The notes: generated by a model not told the origin, from the letters alone. 64,000 nucleotides of DNA from an uncultured Bifidobacterium sp. (GCA_964477795.1 CAYZFZ010000004.1:1013-65012); one strand, 5' to 3'; positions 17,033-26,328 are shown, counted from the first letter of the stretch. Program-made: numbers and translations.

Positions 17033-17731
17033 GTGAGCGACGACCTGGGGGACATCCTGCGCGGACTCCTCCGATCGAGTGATGGCTCGAACCTCGCGTT
17101 CGACCGGATGCTCGACGACTACGCCCGCTACCACGCGGTGCTCGTCGCCATCGGTGGCCTGTTCGCGGTGATGGCCGGCGTGGCCGCCGTGGTGCTGTGG
17201 CGACGGAGCCGAGCGCTGGTCACGGCACCGCGATCGTTCGAAAGGACGACGTACCGGTGGTTCGCGCTCCTCGGCGTGATGGTCGCCCTCGGTCTCGGGC
17301 TCGTCGTCGTGGCGAACCTCGGCAACGCCCTGCACCCGCGCGAGGGCTTCGCCGGTGTCGTCGATGCGCTCGGCCCACCGACCTCTGCACCAGCCGTGGA
17401 ACTGCGGCAAGCATTCGACGAATGGATCGCGTCGGGCTCCACCACGATGCCGGCGTTCGTGAGGAACCGAATCGATGCCCGTCTCGCCTGGCAGCGGCCG
17501 AAGGCGATCATCAGTGGTGTGCTGTTGCTGGTGGGGGTGTTGCTCGCGATGCGGGTGTGGCGCGCCTTGATCGACGCGTCGCGACGGTCGGCCGCGCGGA
17601 CGGCCCGGGAGCGAGCGCTGCTGGTAGTGGGGTTCGGCTCCGTCGGCGCCTGCCTCGTCCTCGCGGTCATGGTGATCGGGAACACACAAGCGTCCCTCGC
17701 TCCAATTGTGTTGACGCTCCAGTTCGGGTGA
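17033..17731 (+). CDS. Membrane protein, function unknown
   Basis: 232 aa with 4 hydrophobic helices. Divergent from TCS-1. Confidence 0.6.
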   Translation: MSDDLGDILRGLLRSSDGSNLAFDRMLDDYARYHAVLVAIGGLFAVMAGVAAVVLWRRSRALVTAPRSFERTTYRWFALLGVMVALGLGLVVVANLGNALHPREGFAGVVDALGPPTSAPAVELRQAFDEWIASGSTTMPAFVRNRIDARLAWQRPKAIISGVLLLVGVLLAMRVWRALIDASRRSAARTARERALLVVGFGSVGACLVLAVMVIGNTQASLAPIVLTLQFG

Positions 17732-17758
17732 CGGGCGCGTCCGCCTCTCGCTGCGCGG

Positions 17759-18316
17759 TCAGGTCCCAACCGGAGCCTGCGGCGGCGTGGTCATCAGGGC
17801 GACGATCCGGGCATACCAGTCGGGGTCGACGAGCAGGTCGCCGGGGCCAGGGGTCGGGTCGAAGTCGGGGTCGAGGCAGTTCAGCTCGCCGTCGCAACCA
17901 TCGACATCGACGAAGCTCACCGACAGCACCGCGCCGAACGAGGTCACTTCGCTGATCGAGACACCCGCGGCAACGAGTCGCGCGGTGCATGCCTGGAACG
18001 ACTCGATGTCGGGCAGCGTGAATCCGAAGTGATCGAGGCGGCCCCTGCCGAACGGGCCGCCGAACGCGGACGGATCGACGTGTGGCATCTCGAACACGTG
18101 GAGGATCAGCGAGCCGGCCGCCAGCAGCGCGTGCCGGCCGTGGTCGCCAGACATCACGATGAGCGTCTGCACGCCGACGACCTCTTCGTAGAACGTGCGA
18201 TAGCGGTCGAGGTCGGGCGTCATCAACGCGATGTGGCTGGCGCCTGTCGGGAACCTGACGGTGATGGCGTGGTCGTGAGTGGTGGGGTCCGGTGGGTCGG
18301 GAGGCAGTGTGTTCAT
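17759..18316 (-). CDS. VOC (glyoxalase/bleomycin-resistance/dioxygenase) family protein
   Basis: 185 aa with the paired beta-alpha-beta-beta-beta module pattern (HIALMT...FYEEVVG ... LDHFGFTL). ATGA overlap with the upstream regulator. Confidence 0.7.
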   Translation of the reverse strand: MNTLPPDPPDPTTHDHAITVRFPTGASHIALMTPDLDRYRTFYEEVVGVQTLIVMSGDHGRHALLAAGSLILHVFEMPHVDPSAFGGPFGRGRLDHFGFTLPDIESFQACTARLVAAGVSISEVTSFGAVLSVSFVDVDGCDGELNCLDPDFDPTPGPGDLLVDPDWYARIVALMTTPPQAPVGT

Positions 18317-21300
18317 GCCTTCGAGGCGTTCCGCGGCGACGGAACTTCGTTCCGGAGCACCGTCGGCGACGACGCTGCATCGACGATCACCCAGGCCAGG
18401 GCCGCCGCGGGTTCGGGCCGGTAGACGCAGAATCGTCCCGTGTGCACCGACACCTCGAGATGGCGCGCCAGATCGGGCGCCACGTGGTCGATCGTCGCGA
18501 TCGCCCGCTTGAGGCTGCGGACGACGTTGATCCGGGCCCGTTCCGCGGTCGCTCCCATCGGACGATCACGCCCGCCGAGCCCGGTCGCCCGGCTCAGCTC
18601 GCTCAGCAGTGCATCGATCTCCTGCTGCGCCCGCTCGCTGCGTGTCGAATCACCGATGGCGTCGGCGCGGTCAAGCTCTTCACGCAGCTCGATCAGCCGG
18701 GCTCGGTAGGCGCGCTTGGCCGTCGCGTCGAGCGCCGGCCCGAGATCTCCCGTGACGGGTGCATCCGCTGCGCCGGCAAGGTCGACCGCGGAGACCTCCG
18801 TGTTCGGCGCGGCCAGCAGCCGCACCAGCTGCGACATCCCAGCCGACGTGGGCACGGTACCTGCGCCGAGCGGTGACTCGATCGTGTACCGCCCCGGCTC
18901 GAGCCGCATGGATGCCGATCGGCTCGAATGCGCCGCAGACGATCCGATCAAGGTGGTGGACGCCGTCACCAGGCCGGCCGTTGCGACTGGCTTCGGTCGT
19001 TCGTCCTGCGCATGCACATCCGGCTCTGGATCCTCGGCGTGTCCGATGGCGATCTCCAGATGGTGGAGGCACGCGGTGATGAGCGGCGGCGAACCCAACC
19101 GGCGAGAGAACGCGACGGCGGCACGCCCGTGTTCGACCGCCGCCTTCCAGTCGCCCCTCGCACCAGCGAGGCGACCGAGCAGGTCATCGACGGGGAGACC
19201 GGCCGACGCCGCGTTGCCCACGTTGAGGAGCCCTGCGAACGGCAACAGCGCGTCGTACATCGCGGGCGCGTGAGTCGTCGATCCGGTGCGGGCGACCAGT
19301 TCTCCGAGCGTTCGGAGCAGGGCGTCGCCGGTGAGCGAGCCCAGCACGAGATCGAGCGTCGGCAGGAAGCGTTCGATCACGTCGCGGGCCTTGTGATCGT
19401 TGCCGCTCAGCAGTGCCGCGTAGCCGAAGCTGACCTGCAGGAACGGAGCCGGTACACGTTCCAGGATCCCGAGCAGGCGGGTCAGCAGTTCGCCCAGACG
19501 GGGAGAGGCGGCACCGAACAGATCGGCCAGCATCGTCAGGTGGGCGAGTTCGAAACCCCACAGACCGATGTCGTCCATCCACCCCTCACCCAGGTCGGCG
19601 GCGTCGCGGACCAGCAACTCGGCGGTGGCCTGATCCCCACTCAACGCAGCGAGCGTGACACGACGGACGAGGACGCTGTACCTCCAGATCGGGGCCGGTT
19701 GCAGTGCTGCCAGGAGTTCCGCGCGGTGCAGCTCGCGGGTCGCGGCAGCGAAGTCGCCGTGGTTGAGGTGGTGGCTGACCAACCACTGGTGGCCTTGGAT
19801 CGCCAGCTCGTTGCGGCCAAATCGTTCGCCGATCGCGATGACCTCGGCCATCGCCTCGGCCCGGGCGTCGAGCGCGGCGACCGTCGTCGGTGCGATGTGC
19901 TGATCGAGCAATGCCTGCGCCACCAGGACGGAGCTGCCGCTGAGCCGAGCCGCAGCCACGGCCTCGGTCGCCCACCGGCGAGCATCGGCGGCGTAGTGAG
20001 GATCGGCTCCGCAGACGACGGCCAGCCTGCCGCATCCGATCGCCCTGAGACGGTGCGAGTCGGAAGGGAGCGCGTCGACCACCGCGGACACGCGTCGCAG
20101 TCGCTCGGGGTCAGGCTGGAACGGCCTGTGCTGCATGGCCGCACCGAACTCCGCCCGAGCCCGTGTCTCGGCCGAGGCGGTGCGCGACAGGAGGGCGCAC
20201 GCCGACTCGGCAACCCGGCAGGCATCGTCGCCCTCACCTCGATCGGCGTGCACATCAGCAAGGTCCAACAGCGCGCCGAGCTGCAGGTCCACCAAACCGG
20301 CCCGTGCCGCCAGATCGGCCCCATCGCGAAGCAGGGCGATGGCCCGCGAACCCTGGCCGCGGCCCGCCAGATCGGCGGCCGCGGTCTGGGCGTCGATGAC
20401 GGCTTGGGTCGCGTCGGTTCGGTCGCTCGGTTCGGTCGCGTGAAGCCGATGGGATGCCGCCGACGCTGCTCCATCCGGCATCGTCGCCCACGCGGTGGCG
20501 AGGCGTCGATGAGCCGAGGTGATGTCCGCTCGCTGCAACACCGCACTGCGGAGCAGGCTGTGACGGAAGCGGACGCCGTCGCTGGTCACCTCATCCAACA
20601 CGGTCGCGTCGACAGCGAGCGCGAGGTGTTCGGAGACAGCCGTCAGCGTGGCGCCCGCTGCAGCGGCAAGGACGGAAAGGGGGGTGGTCGAGCCGGCGAC
20701 AGCGGCCAACTCGACGACCGCTGTGGTCTCCGGTGGCAGTCGCTCGATGGTCGGGGCCAACAGTTCGTCGATCATGTCATTGCGGTGCGGGGCCTCCAAC
20801 AGCTCCCGGACGAACATCGGGTTGCCGCCGGTTCGCCCGTGCAGCGCCGCGGCATCGGCGCCGGCGTGACCGCGGAGCGCAGCCAGCTCACCGACCTGAT
20901 CGACTCCGAGTCCCTCCAACACCATCACGTCGCACATCTGCCGGAGTCGATCGAGTCGGCCGACTCCGGTGTCCTCGCGACTCGTCGCGATGACGACGAC
21001 GGGTGCGCCGGCCAGTGCGCGCGGTAGCCGTTCCAGCACCCACAACGACTCGTCGTCGGCCCAGTGCAGGTCGTCCAGCACGACCAGCGTCGGGCCGCTC
21101 GCGGACAGCGCTGCCGTGAGGATGTCGAGGTGCTCCCACCGCCGCTCCTCGGCCGCCAGGTTCGGGTCTGCCGTCGCGGCGATTCCCAAGGCACGGCGAA
21201 CTCCGTGCCACAACGCCAACTCCTGCACTGCGTTGGGCTCGGCCTCGCCCCACACCACCCGCATACCGGCGGCGCGGGCGAGTGCAGCCCCTTCGCCCGC

Positions 21301-21438
21301 CAGGCGTGACTTGCCGATCCCGGCTTCGCCGGTGACGAGCACGACCGTCGCGCGGTTGTGCGTCGACTCGATCGTGCGACGCAGTCCGTCGATCTGGGCG
21401 CGCCGACCGACGAAATCGTCTCGACCCCGGTTGTGCAC
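18313..21438 (-). CDS. Large STAND/AAA_16 ATPase regulator with helical-repeat middle and a non-LuxR C-terminal domain
   Basis: 1041 aa. Walker A GEAGIGKSRL and Walker B LVVLDDLHWAD. Long helical region. The C-terminal approx. 190 aa (GMSQLVRLLAAPNTEVSAVDLAG...AKRAYRARLIELREELD...AERARINVVRSLKRAI) lacks the LuxR HTH. Confidence 0.8.
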   Translation of the reverse strand: MHNRGRDDFVGRRAQIDGLRRTIESTHNRATVVLVTGEAGIGKSRLAGEGAALARAAGMRVVWGEAEPNAVQELALWHGVRRALGIAATADPNLAAEERRWEHLDILTAALSASGPTLVVLDDLHWADDESLWVLERLPRALAGAPVVVIATSREDTGVGRLDRLRQMCDVMVLEGLGVDQVGELAALRGHAGADAAALHGRTGGNPMFVRELLEAPHRNDMIDELLAPTIERLPPETTAVVELAAVAGSTTPLSVLAAAAGATLTAVSEHLALAVDATVLDEVTSDGVRFRHSLLRSAVLQRADITSAHRRLATAWATMPDGAASAASHRLHATEPSDRTDATQAVIDAQTAAADLAGRGQGSRAIALLRDGADLAARAGLVDLQLGALLDLADVHADRGEGDDACRVAESACALLSRTASAETRARAEFGAAMQHRPFQPDPERLRRVSAVVDALPSDSHRLRAIGCGRLAVVCGADPHYAADARRWATEAVAAARLSGSSVLVAQALLDQHIAPTTVAALDARAEAMAEVIAIGERFGRNELAIQGHQWLVSHHLNHGDFAAATRELHRAELLAALQPAPIWRYSVLVRRVTLAALSGDQATAELLVRDAADLGEGWMDDIGLWGFELAHLTMLADLFGAASPRLGELLTRLLGILERVPAPFLQVSFGYAALLSGNDHKARDVIERFLPTLDLVLGSLTGDALLRTLGELVARTGSTTHAPAMYDALLPFAGLLNVGNAASAGLPVDDLLGRLAGARGDWKAAVEHGRAAVAFSRRLGSPPLITACLHHLEIAIGHAEDPEPDVHAQDERPKPVATAGLVTASTTLIGSSAAHSSRSASMRLEPGRYTIESPLGAGTVPTSAGMSQLVRLLAAPNTEVSAVDLAGAADAPVTGDLGPALDATAKRAYRARLIELREELDRADAIGDSTRSERAQQEIDALLSELSRATGLGGRDRPMGATAERARINVVRSLKRAIATIDHVAPDLARHLEVSVHTGRFCVYRPEPAAALAWVIVDAASSPTVLRNEVPSPRNASKA
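18314..18354 (-). repeat. Copy A of a 41-nt start-proximal motif
   Basis: Forward CATGCC-T-TC-GAGGCGTTCC-GCG-GCGACGGAAC-TTC-GTTCCG, where CAT is the VOC start codon. 33 of 41 positions are identical to 22403..22443, and the differences fall in the 3-nt spacers. Confidence 0.6.
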
Positions 21439-21464
21439 CGGACGATTCTGACAGACCGCGCGCG

Positions 21465-21502
21465 AGGGGAAGACCCCTCCGATCCCGGAGAGACCTTCCC
21501 CT
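21465..21502 (-). terminator. Intergenic stem-loop after the cupredoxin gene
   Basis: AGGGGAAG (21465..21472) pairs with CTTCCCCT (21495..21502). An inner CTCCG/CGGAG pair is also present. There is no U-tract. Confidence 0.3.
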
Positions 21503-21523
21503 GCACATCGTGCCGATGCTCGA

Positions 21524-22423
21524 TCAGTTCACCGTGAACTCTGTCCACATTCCCTTGGCGTCGTGGCCCGTGATCGGACAGACGATCAGCCACCGGCCGG
21601 GCGTGACGTCGACCGTCAGCGCTGCCGTGTCGCCGGGAAGGGCTGGGTTCGAGTCGTACTCCTCGACCACGCCGACCTCACCCTGCGACGCGATGATCTC
21701 GTCGACGACGGCGTCGTCCTCGATGCGGGCGATGACCATCATGTGCGTCTCCTCGCCGGTGTTCGCCATCACGAACGAGTAGCGGCCGGCCGCGGTCGGC
21801 AACTCGCCCTCGATCGCGAACTCGGTCGCGGTGAGGTCGATCCGAACCGCATCCGGATCGACCGCGGTCTCCGCCGCGCCACCCTCGTCGTCGTCGCCTG
21901 ACGACCCACACGAGGCCAGACCGACCGCTTCGGCGAGGCGGTCGACCTCGGCGAACGGGTCGTCGTCGCCGAGGAAGAACTCCTGCGGATCACCGGTCGT
22001 GGCGTCGGCGAGCGCGGCATGGACGGCGACGAGCAGTGCGTCGACCTGTGGAGCGAGCGATGCCGGCGCGTCGAGCGCGCCGATCGTGTCGGCCGCCTTG
22101 GTCGTCTCGTCGACGATCAACTGCAGCGCGGGTCCCATGGTCTCGGGAGTGGGGCCGGCAGCGAACAACTCGCCGATGCCGCTCTCGATCGCCGTGTTGG
22201 CCACGTCACACGCTGCGTTGCCCTGGGCCAGGAAGTCGGCCTCGGTCAGCGCGATGTCGGTGGCCGGTGGCGCGACCGTTGCGGCAACCGGGGTCGTAGT
22301 GCTCGCCGCCTCGTCGTCGGTGCCGCACGCGGCGATCGCGAACATGAAGAGCCACGGGAACCAGATGAGTCGGGGCCGGATGCTGTCGTGTTGTTTGGTC
22401 TGCATGCCCATGAGGCGTTCCAC
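21524..22423 (-). CDS. Lipoprotein with C-terminal cupredoxin-like (type-1 copper) domain
   Basis: Signal plus lipobox LFMFAIAAC. The C-terminal candidate ligand set is H (EETHMM) and C-x4-H-x4-M (VCPITGHDAKGM). The start may be 22423, 22411 or 22405. Confidence 0.6.
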   Translation of the reverse strand: MERLMGMQTKQHDSIRPRLIWFPWLFMFAIAACGTDDEAASTTTPVAATVAPPATDIALTEADFLAQGNAACDVANTAIESGIGELFAAGPTPETMGPALQLIVDETTKAADTIGALDAPASLAPQVDALLVAVHAALADATTGDPQEFFLGDDDPFAEVDRLAEAVGLASCGSSGDDDEGGAAETAVDPDAVRIDLTATEFAIEGELPTAAGRYSFVMANTGEETHMMVIARIEDDAVVDEIIASQGEVGVVEEYDSNPALPGDTAALTVDVTPGRWLIVCPITGHDAKGMWTEFTVN

Positions 22424-22443
22424 AGCGACGGAACAGTGTTCCG
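22403..22443 (-). repeat. Copy B of the 41-nt start-proximal motif
   Basis: Forward CATGCC-C-AT-GAGGCGTTCC-ACA-GCGACGGAAC-AGT-GTTCCG, where CAT is an in-frame ATG of the lipoprotein gene. Confidence 0.6.
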
Positions 22444-22545
22444 CGGTTGGACGACATCGAGAGCTGACGTCATGGTCACGTCATCGACGGGGAGACCGGC
22501 TACGGCAACGCGCCACGCCGGCGGGTCGTCGCAGATCGGGCTCGC

Positions 22546-22836
22546 TCAGAGTGTGTGGGTGATCGTGATCGCGATGGTGTCGCCGGCGGACTTGCCGAGT
22601 AGGTCGCGCAGCTTGGCCTTGATGGGGAACATGTGCGTTCCGTCGCCCATCGGGAGCAACGTCAGGTCGGTCTCGTGGCCGTCGATGGTCGTGCGAACCT
22701 TGACGGCACGCCGGGTACCGAGGACTTCGGACGAGCCGTCCAAGGTCGCGTAGGTCCACGCGCCCTTGGCCTCCCCGGACGTGAGCGGACGTTCGACGCT
22801 GTAAGGGGTGGAGAGCGGTGTCGGGCTGGTGGTCAT
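22546..22836 (-). CDS. DUF1905-family protein
   Basis: 96 aa. GAWTYATL...GTRRAVKVRTTIDGHETDLTLLPMGDGTHMFPIKAKLRDLLGKSAGDTIAITI fits the DUF1905 pattern. ATGA overlap with the TetR gene. Confidence 0.75.
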   Translation of the reverse strand: MTTSPTPLSTPYSVERPLTSGEAKGAWTYATLDGSSEVLGTRRAVKVRTTIDGHETDLTLLPMGDGTHMFPIKAKLRDLLGKSAGDTIAITITHTL

Positions 22837-23585
22837 CGTGGGGCTCCTTCGGGTCGTCTGCGACGGGTCGCAGACGGGGTGGGTTGAGGATCGGGCCGGC
22901 TAGCGGGGTCATCGCGGGGTGCGTACCCGGCGAGGAAGAGATCGAGGCATCGATCGAGGTGCGACGTTCGTTGCCTCGGCGTGGGGATCGTGTCGTCGCC
23001 GATGAGCATGGCGTCGTTGATCGGTCCGCCCATGACGAGCCAGTTGAGCTGGGTGGCCGCAACGGTCGGGTTGGGTACGTGGAGCAGGCCATCGGTGTGG
23101 GCATCGGCCAGCATCGACCCGAGGTTGCGTATCGCTCGTTGCGGCCCTTCTTCGGCAAGGGCTTTGCCGAGTGAGGGGAACCGTGTGTGTTCGCCGATCA
23201 CGAGCCGCCGAAGTCGAAGGAGGGGAGGCGTGAGCACGATGTCGAGCTGACGTCGAAGGGTGTCGCGCAGGACCGCTCTCAGCTCGGCGTGCGACGTGGC
23301 GCGTGGGTGCTCGAGGTGGACGCGGTCGCCCGCCGATCGGGTCATCGTCTCGACGAGCCCGACGAAGAGCGCCTCCTTGTTGCGGAAGTGCGCGTAGACG
23401 GTCTGCTTCGACACGGACGATGCCTCGGCGATGGCGTCCATCGTCACGCTGTCGTAGCCGCGTTCGAGGAACGCCGCGATCGCGGCGTCGATGATCGCTT
23501 CTCGCTTCACGACTGAGCTCGGCCTGAGGCTCACGGTCACCTCCGTTCGATACATCACACTACTGGGTCTAGATTCACGAAACAA
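22833..23585 (-). CDS. TetR-family transcriptional regulator
   Basis: HTH AIIDAAIAAFLERGYDSVTMDAIAEASSVSKQTVYAHFRNKEALF. The most plausible start is the GTG at 23534 (GGAGG 5 nt upstream), so the ORF maximum of 23585 is probably over-extended. Confidence 0.85.
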   Translation of the reverse strand: MFRESRPSSVMYRTEVTVSLRPSSVVKREAIIDAAIAAFLERGYDSVTMDAIAEASSVSKQTVYAHFRNKEALFVGLVETMTRSAGDRVHLEHPRATSHAELRAVLRDTLRRQLDIVLTPPLLRLRRLVIGEHTRFPSLGKALAEEGPQRAIRNLGSMLADAHTDGLLHVPNPTVAATQLNWLVMGGPINDAMLIGDDTIPTPRQRTSHLDRCLDLFLAGYAPRDDPASRPDPQPTPSATRRRRPEGAPR

Positions 23586-23596
23586 GACCTGGTAGT
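23559..23596. promoter_or_regulatory. Long imperfect inverted repeat (candidate TetR operator)
   Basis: ACTACTGGGTCT-N14-AGACCTGGTAGT, with arms matching 10 of 12, in the divergent region between the TetR gene and the hydrolase gene. Confidence 0.4.
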
Positions 23597-23647
23597 CTAA
23601 AAATCTGTGGACACGCGGAACGCGTGAACGGAGCGAGGAGGAGTGAG

Positions 23648-24436
23648 ATGCCGAAGACCACTACATCTCGGGACGGCACCGCGATCGCCTACGACATCGC
23701 GGGCGATGGCGTGCCGCTCGTCTACGTCACGGGCGCGCTCTGTCACCGGCGGATGCGCGAGGTGAGGCGCGACGCGAAGGTGTTCTCCGAACGGTTCCGG
23801 GTGATCACGTTCGACCGGCGGGGTCGCGGCGACTCCGGGCCTGGGGGTGCGTGGTCGCTCGATCGCGAGCTCGATGATGTCGAAGCGCTGCTCGACGTTG
23901 CCGGTGACCGGGCAGTGATCTACGGGCACTCGTCGGGTGCGGTGATCGCGTTGCATGCTGCGGCGAGATTCGCGGGACGGGTCGACGCAGTCGCGTTGTA
24001 CGACGCGGCATGGGCCGCAGACGACGCTGAGGTCGCCAGCTACCGGGGGTTGACCACCGAGGTCGACGGCCTCCTCGAACGCGGGAGGAACGCCGCCGCG
24101 ATTCGCCGGTTCCTCGTCGGGATCGGCATGCCGAGGGTGTTCACGTACCTCCTACCGGTCCTGCCGCAGTGGTCGACGATGAAGCAGCTCGCACCGACGC
24201 TGCGCTATGACATGGCGCTCACGGCCACGCCACCGCCCCTCGACACCGTCGCCGACGTCGCGACCGCGGTCCACATCCTCGTCGGCGAGCGAAGCCCCCG
24301 TGAGCTTCACGCGGTCGCCACCGCGCTCGCCGGAGCTCGCCAGGGTGTGCCGACCGTCGTCGCCGGTCAGAACCACCTCGCGTCACCGGCGGTGATCCTT
24401 CCGCTGCTCACCGCCATCAGCAAGGCTGCGACCTAG
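23648..24436 (+). CDS. Alpha/beta hydrolase
   Basis: GGAGGAG precedes the ATG at 23648. Family segments FDRRGRGDS and the nucleophile elbow GHSSGA. Confidence 0.85.
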   Translation: MPKTTTSRDGTAIAYDIAGDGVPLVYVTGALCHRRMREVRRDAKVFSERFRVITFDRRGRGDSGPGGAWSLDRELDDVEALLDVAGDRAVIYGHSSGAVIALHAAARFAGRVDAVALYDAAWAADDAEVASYRGLTTEVDGLLERGRNAAAIRRFLVGIGMPRVFTYLLPVLPQWSTMKQLAPTLRYDMALTATPPPLDTVADVATAVHILVGERSPRELHAVATALAGARQGVPTVVAGQNHLASPAVILPLLTAISKAAT

Positions 24437-24451
24437 GAACGTCACTGACGA

Positions 24452-25105
24452 TCACGGTCGAGCGTCGTGGACGAGGAGGGCGATCTGCACCCGGTTCGTG
24501 ACGTCGAGCTTGGTGAGCAGCCGCGAGACGTGCGCTTTGACGGTGGCCTCGCTCATGAACAGCGTTGCGGCGATCTCCGCGTTGGATGCTCCGGACCCCA
24601 CCGCGGTCGCGACCTCGCGCTCTCGATCCGTGAGTGAGGCCAGGCGCATGGCAGCGGCGTGGCGGCGAGGCATCGCGTCGTCGTCGCCGAGGTGGGACAG
24701 CAGTGTGCGAGTGACCGACGGTGAGAGCATCGCCTCTCCCGCGGCCACGAGGCGTACTGCGTTGACGATCTCGGTCGGTGCCGTGTCCTTCAACAGGAAC
24801 CCGTCGGCGCCGGCTCGAATCGCGCTCATGACGTGGTCGTCGGCCTGGAAGGTGGTGAGGACGATGACGTGCGGCGGAGTAGGAAGGCGGCGGAGAACTG
24901 CCGTGGCAGCGATGCCGTCCATCCCGGGCATCCGGATGTCCATGAGGACGACATCGGGCCGACTCGCGTGCACGGCCGCGACGGCGCCGGCGCCGTCGGC
25001 GGCCTCGCCGACCACCTCCAGGTCCTCTGACGAGGACAGGATCATCCGCAGGCCGGCCCGCACCAGCGCGTCGTCGTCGACCAGCAGCACCCGGGTCGTC
25101 ACCAC
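24452..25105 (-). CDS. NarL/LuxR-family response regulator (TCS-2)
   Basis: Receiver RVLLVDDDALVR...DIRMPGMDG. HTH LTDREREVATAVGSGASNAEIAATLFMSEATVKAH. Confidence 0.9.
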   Translation of the reverse strand: MVTTRVLLVDDDALVRAGLRMILSSSEDLEVVGEAADGAGAVAAVHASRPDVVLMDIRMPGMDGIAATAVLRRLPTPPHVIVLTTFQADDHVMSAIRAGADGFLLKDTAPTEIVNAVRLVAAGEAMLSPSVTRTLLSHLGDDDAMPRRHAAAMRLASLTDREREVATAVGSGASNAEIAATLFMSEATVKAHVSRLLTKLDVTNRVQIALLVHDARP

Positions 25106-26328
25106 GGCAGGTCGGCCTCGACGACGAAGTCACCGGACGCGTCCGGCCCGTGTACGAGGGTGCCGTTGGCCAGGGTCACCCGCTCTTGCAGGCCGAGCAG
25201 GCCGGTGCCGGACCCCGGCAGCACCGGGTGGGTGAGAGCGCTCAGCGCGGCCGGGTTCCGAACGCTGACGTGCAGCCCGCAGTTCGGCGCTCCTGCGATG
25301 CGAACCCGGGCGCGGGTACCGTGCGCGTGCTTGCTGATGTTGGTCAGGGCTTCTTGCACGATGCGGTAGGCGTCGCGGCCCAGGTGGCCAGGCACCGGCG
25401 CGCCGCCGTCGACCTGCATCTCGAAGTCGATCTTGGTGCCCGTCCGGCGCGTCTCCTCCACCAAGCGTGGGATGTCGGCCAGGGTCGGTTGTGGCATCGT
25501 CGACGACTGCTCCTGCCCCGGTTCCTCGCGCAGGACACCGATCACGTCTCGCAACTCCTCCAGCGCTTGGTGGGCCGTGGTCCGCAGCAGCGCTGCGCTC
25601 TCGCGCACCTGATCGGGTGGCAGGTCGCGTGCGACCTCGAGTGCGCCGGCGTGCAGCGCCACGAGGGAGATGCGGTGGGCGAGGACGTCGTGCATCTCCC
25701 GTGCGATGCGGGCCCGCTCGGCCAGCCGCGCCCGTTCCGCGCGAGCGGACTGCTCGGCTTCGGCACGTTGGGCTCGGTCGAGCAGGGTGACGAGGAGCTG
25801 ACGTCGGGCACGGATGAACATGCCCCATGCGATCGCGGCGGCGGCGAGCGCCGTGGTGGGCAGCAGCACCGACCAGGTGTTGGCCCGCCCGAGCCAGAGC
25901 GAGCAGACCACGGCGGACGCCACGAACAGCGCGGCGACGAGCAGCGTGGGCCGGAGATGGCGGTGGATGGCGAGCGAGGCCAGTGCCAGCAGGCCGGCCA
26001 CGGTGCCAGACGTCGAGAACGCACCAAGGAGGACACAGACCACCGCCACACCGATCGGCCATCGTCGCCGCCACCACAGCGACAGGCAGCAGGTGGCTCC
26101 GAACGCGGCGTCGACGGCCACCTGCCCTGACGTCATCCGATCGCCGTAGTCGTCCAGCGTGATGTTGAGGAGCACGGCGCCGAGCACGAACGCGACGACG
26201 AACGCAGCGACGTCGACGGACCAGTCGCGCCGAGTCCTCTGCCCGTCGGCATCGGGAAGGGCCGGATCGGTGGGTGCCACGACAGCCATCGGAGCGGTCA
26301 TGGCCCACCATCTGCGAAGCCAGGACAT
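25099..26328 (-). CDS. Sensor histidine kinase, HisKA_3 type (TCS-2)
   Basis: H-box IAREMHDVLAHRISLVALHAGAL, ATP-binding region EALTNISKHA...GTGLLGLQERV, N-terminal TM helices. Confidence 0.9.
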   Translation of the reverse strand: MSWLRRWWAMTAPMAVVAPTDPALPDADGQRTRRDWSVDVAAFVVAFVLGAVLLNITLDDYGDRMTSGQVAVDAAFGATCCLSLWWRRRWPIGVAVVCVLLGAFSTSGTVAGLLALASLAIHRHLRPTLLVAALFVASAVVCSLWLGRANTWSVLLPTTALAAAAIAWGMFIRARRQLLVTLLDRAQRAEAEQSARAERARLAERARIAREMHDVLAHRISLVALHAGALEVARDLPPDQVRESAALLRTTAHQALEELRDVIGVLREEPGQEQSSTMPQPTLADIPRLVEETRRTGTKIDFEMQVDGGAPVPGHLGRDAYRIVQEALTNISKHAHGTRARVRIAGAPNCGLHVSVRNPAALSALTHPVLPGSGTGLLGLQERVTLANGTLVHGPDASGDFVVEADLPW

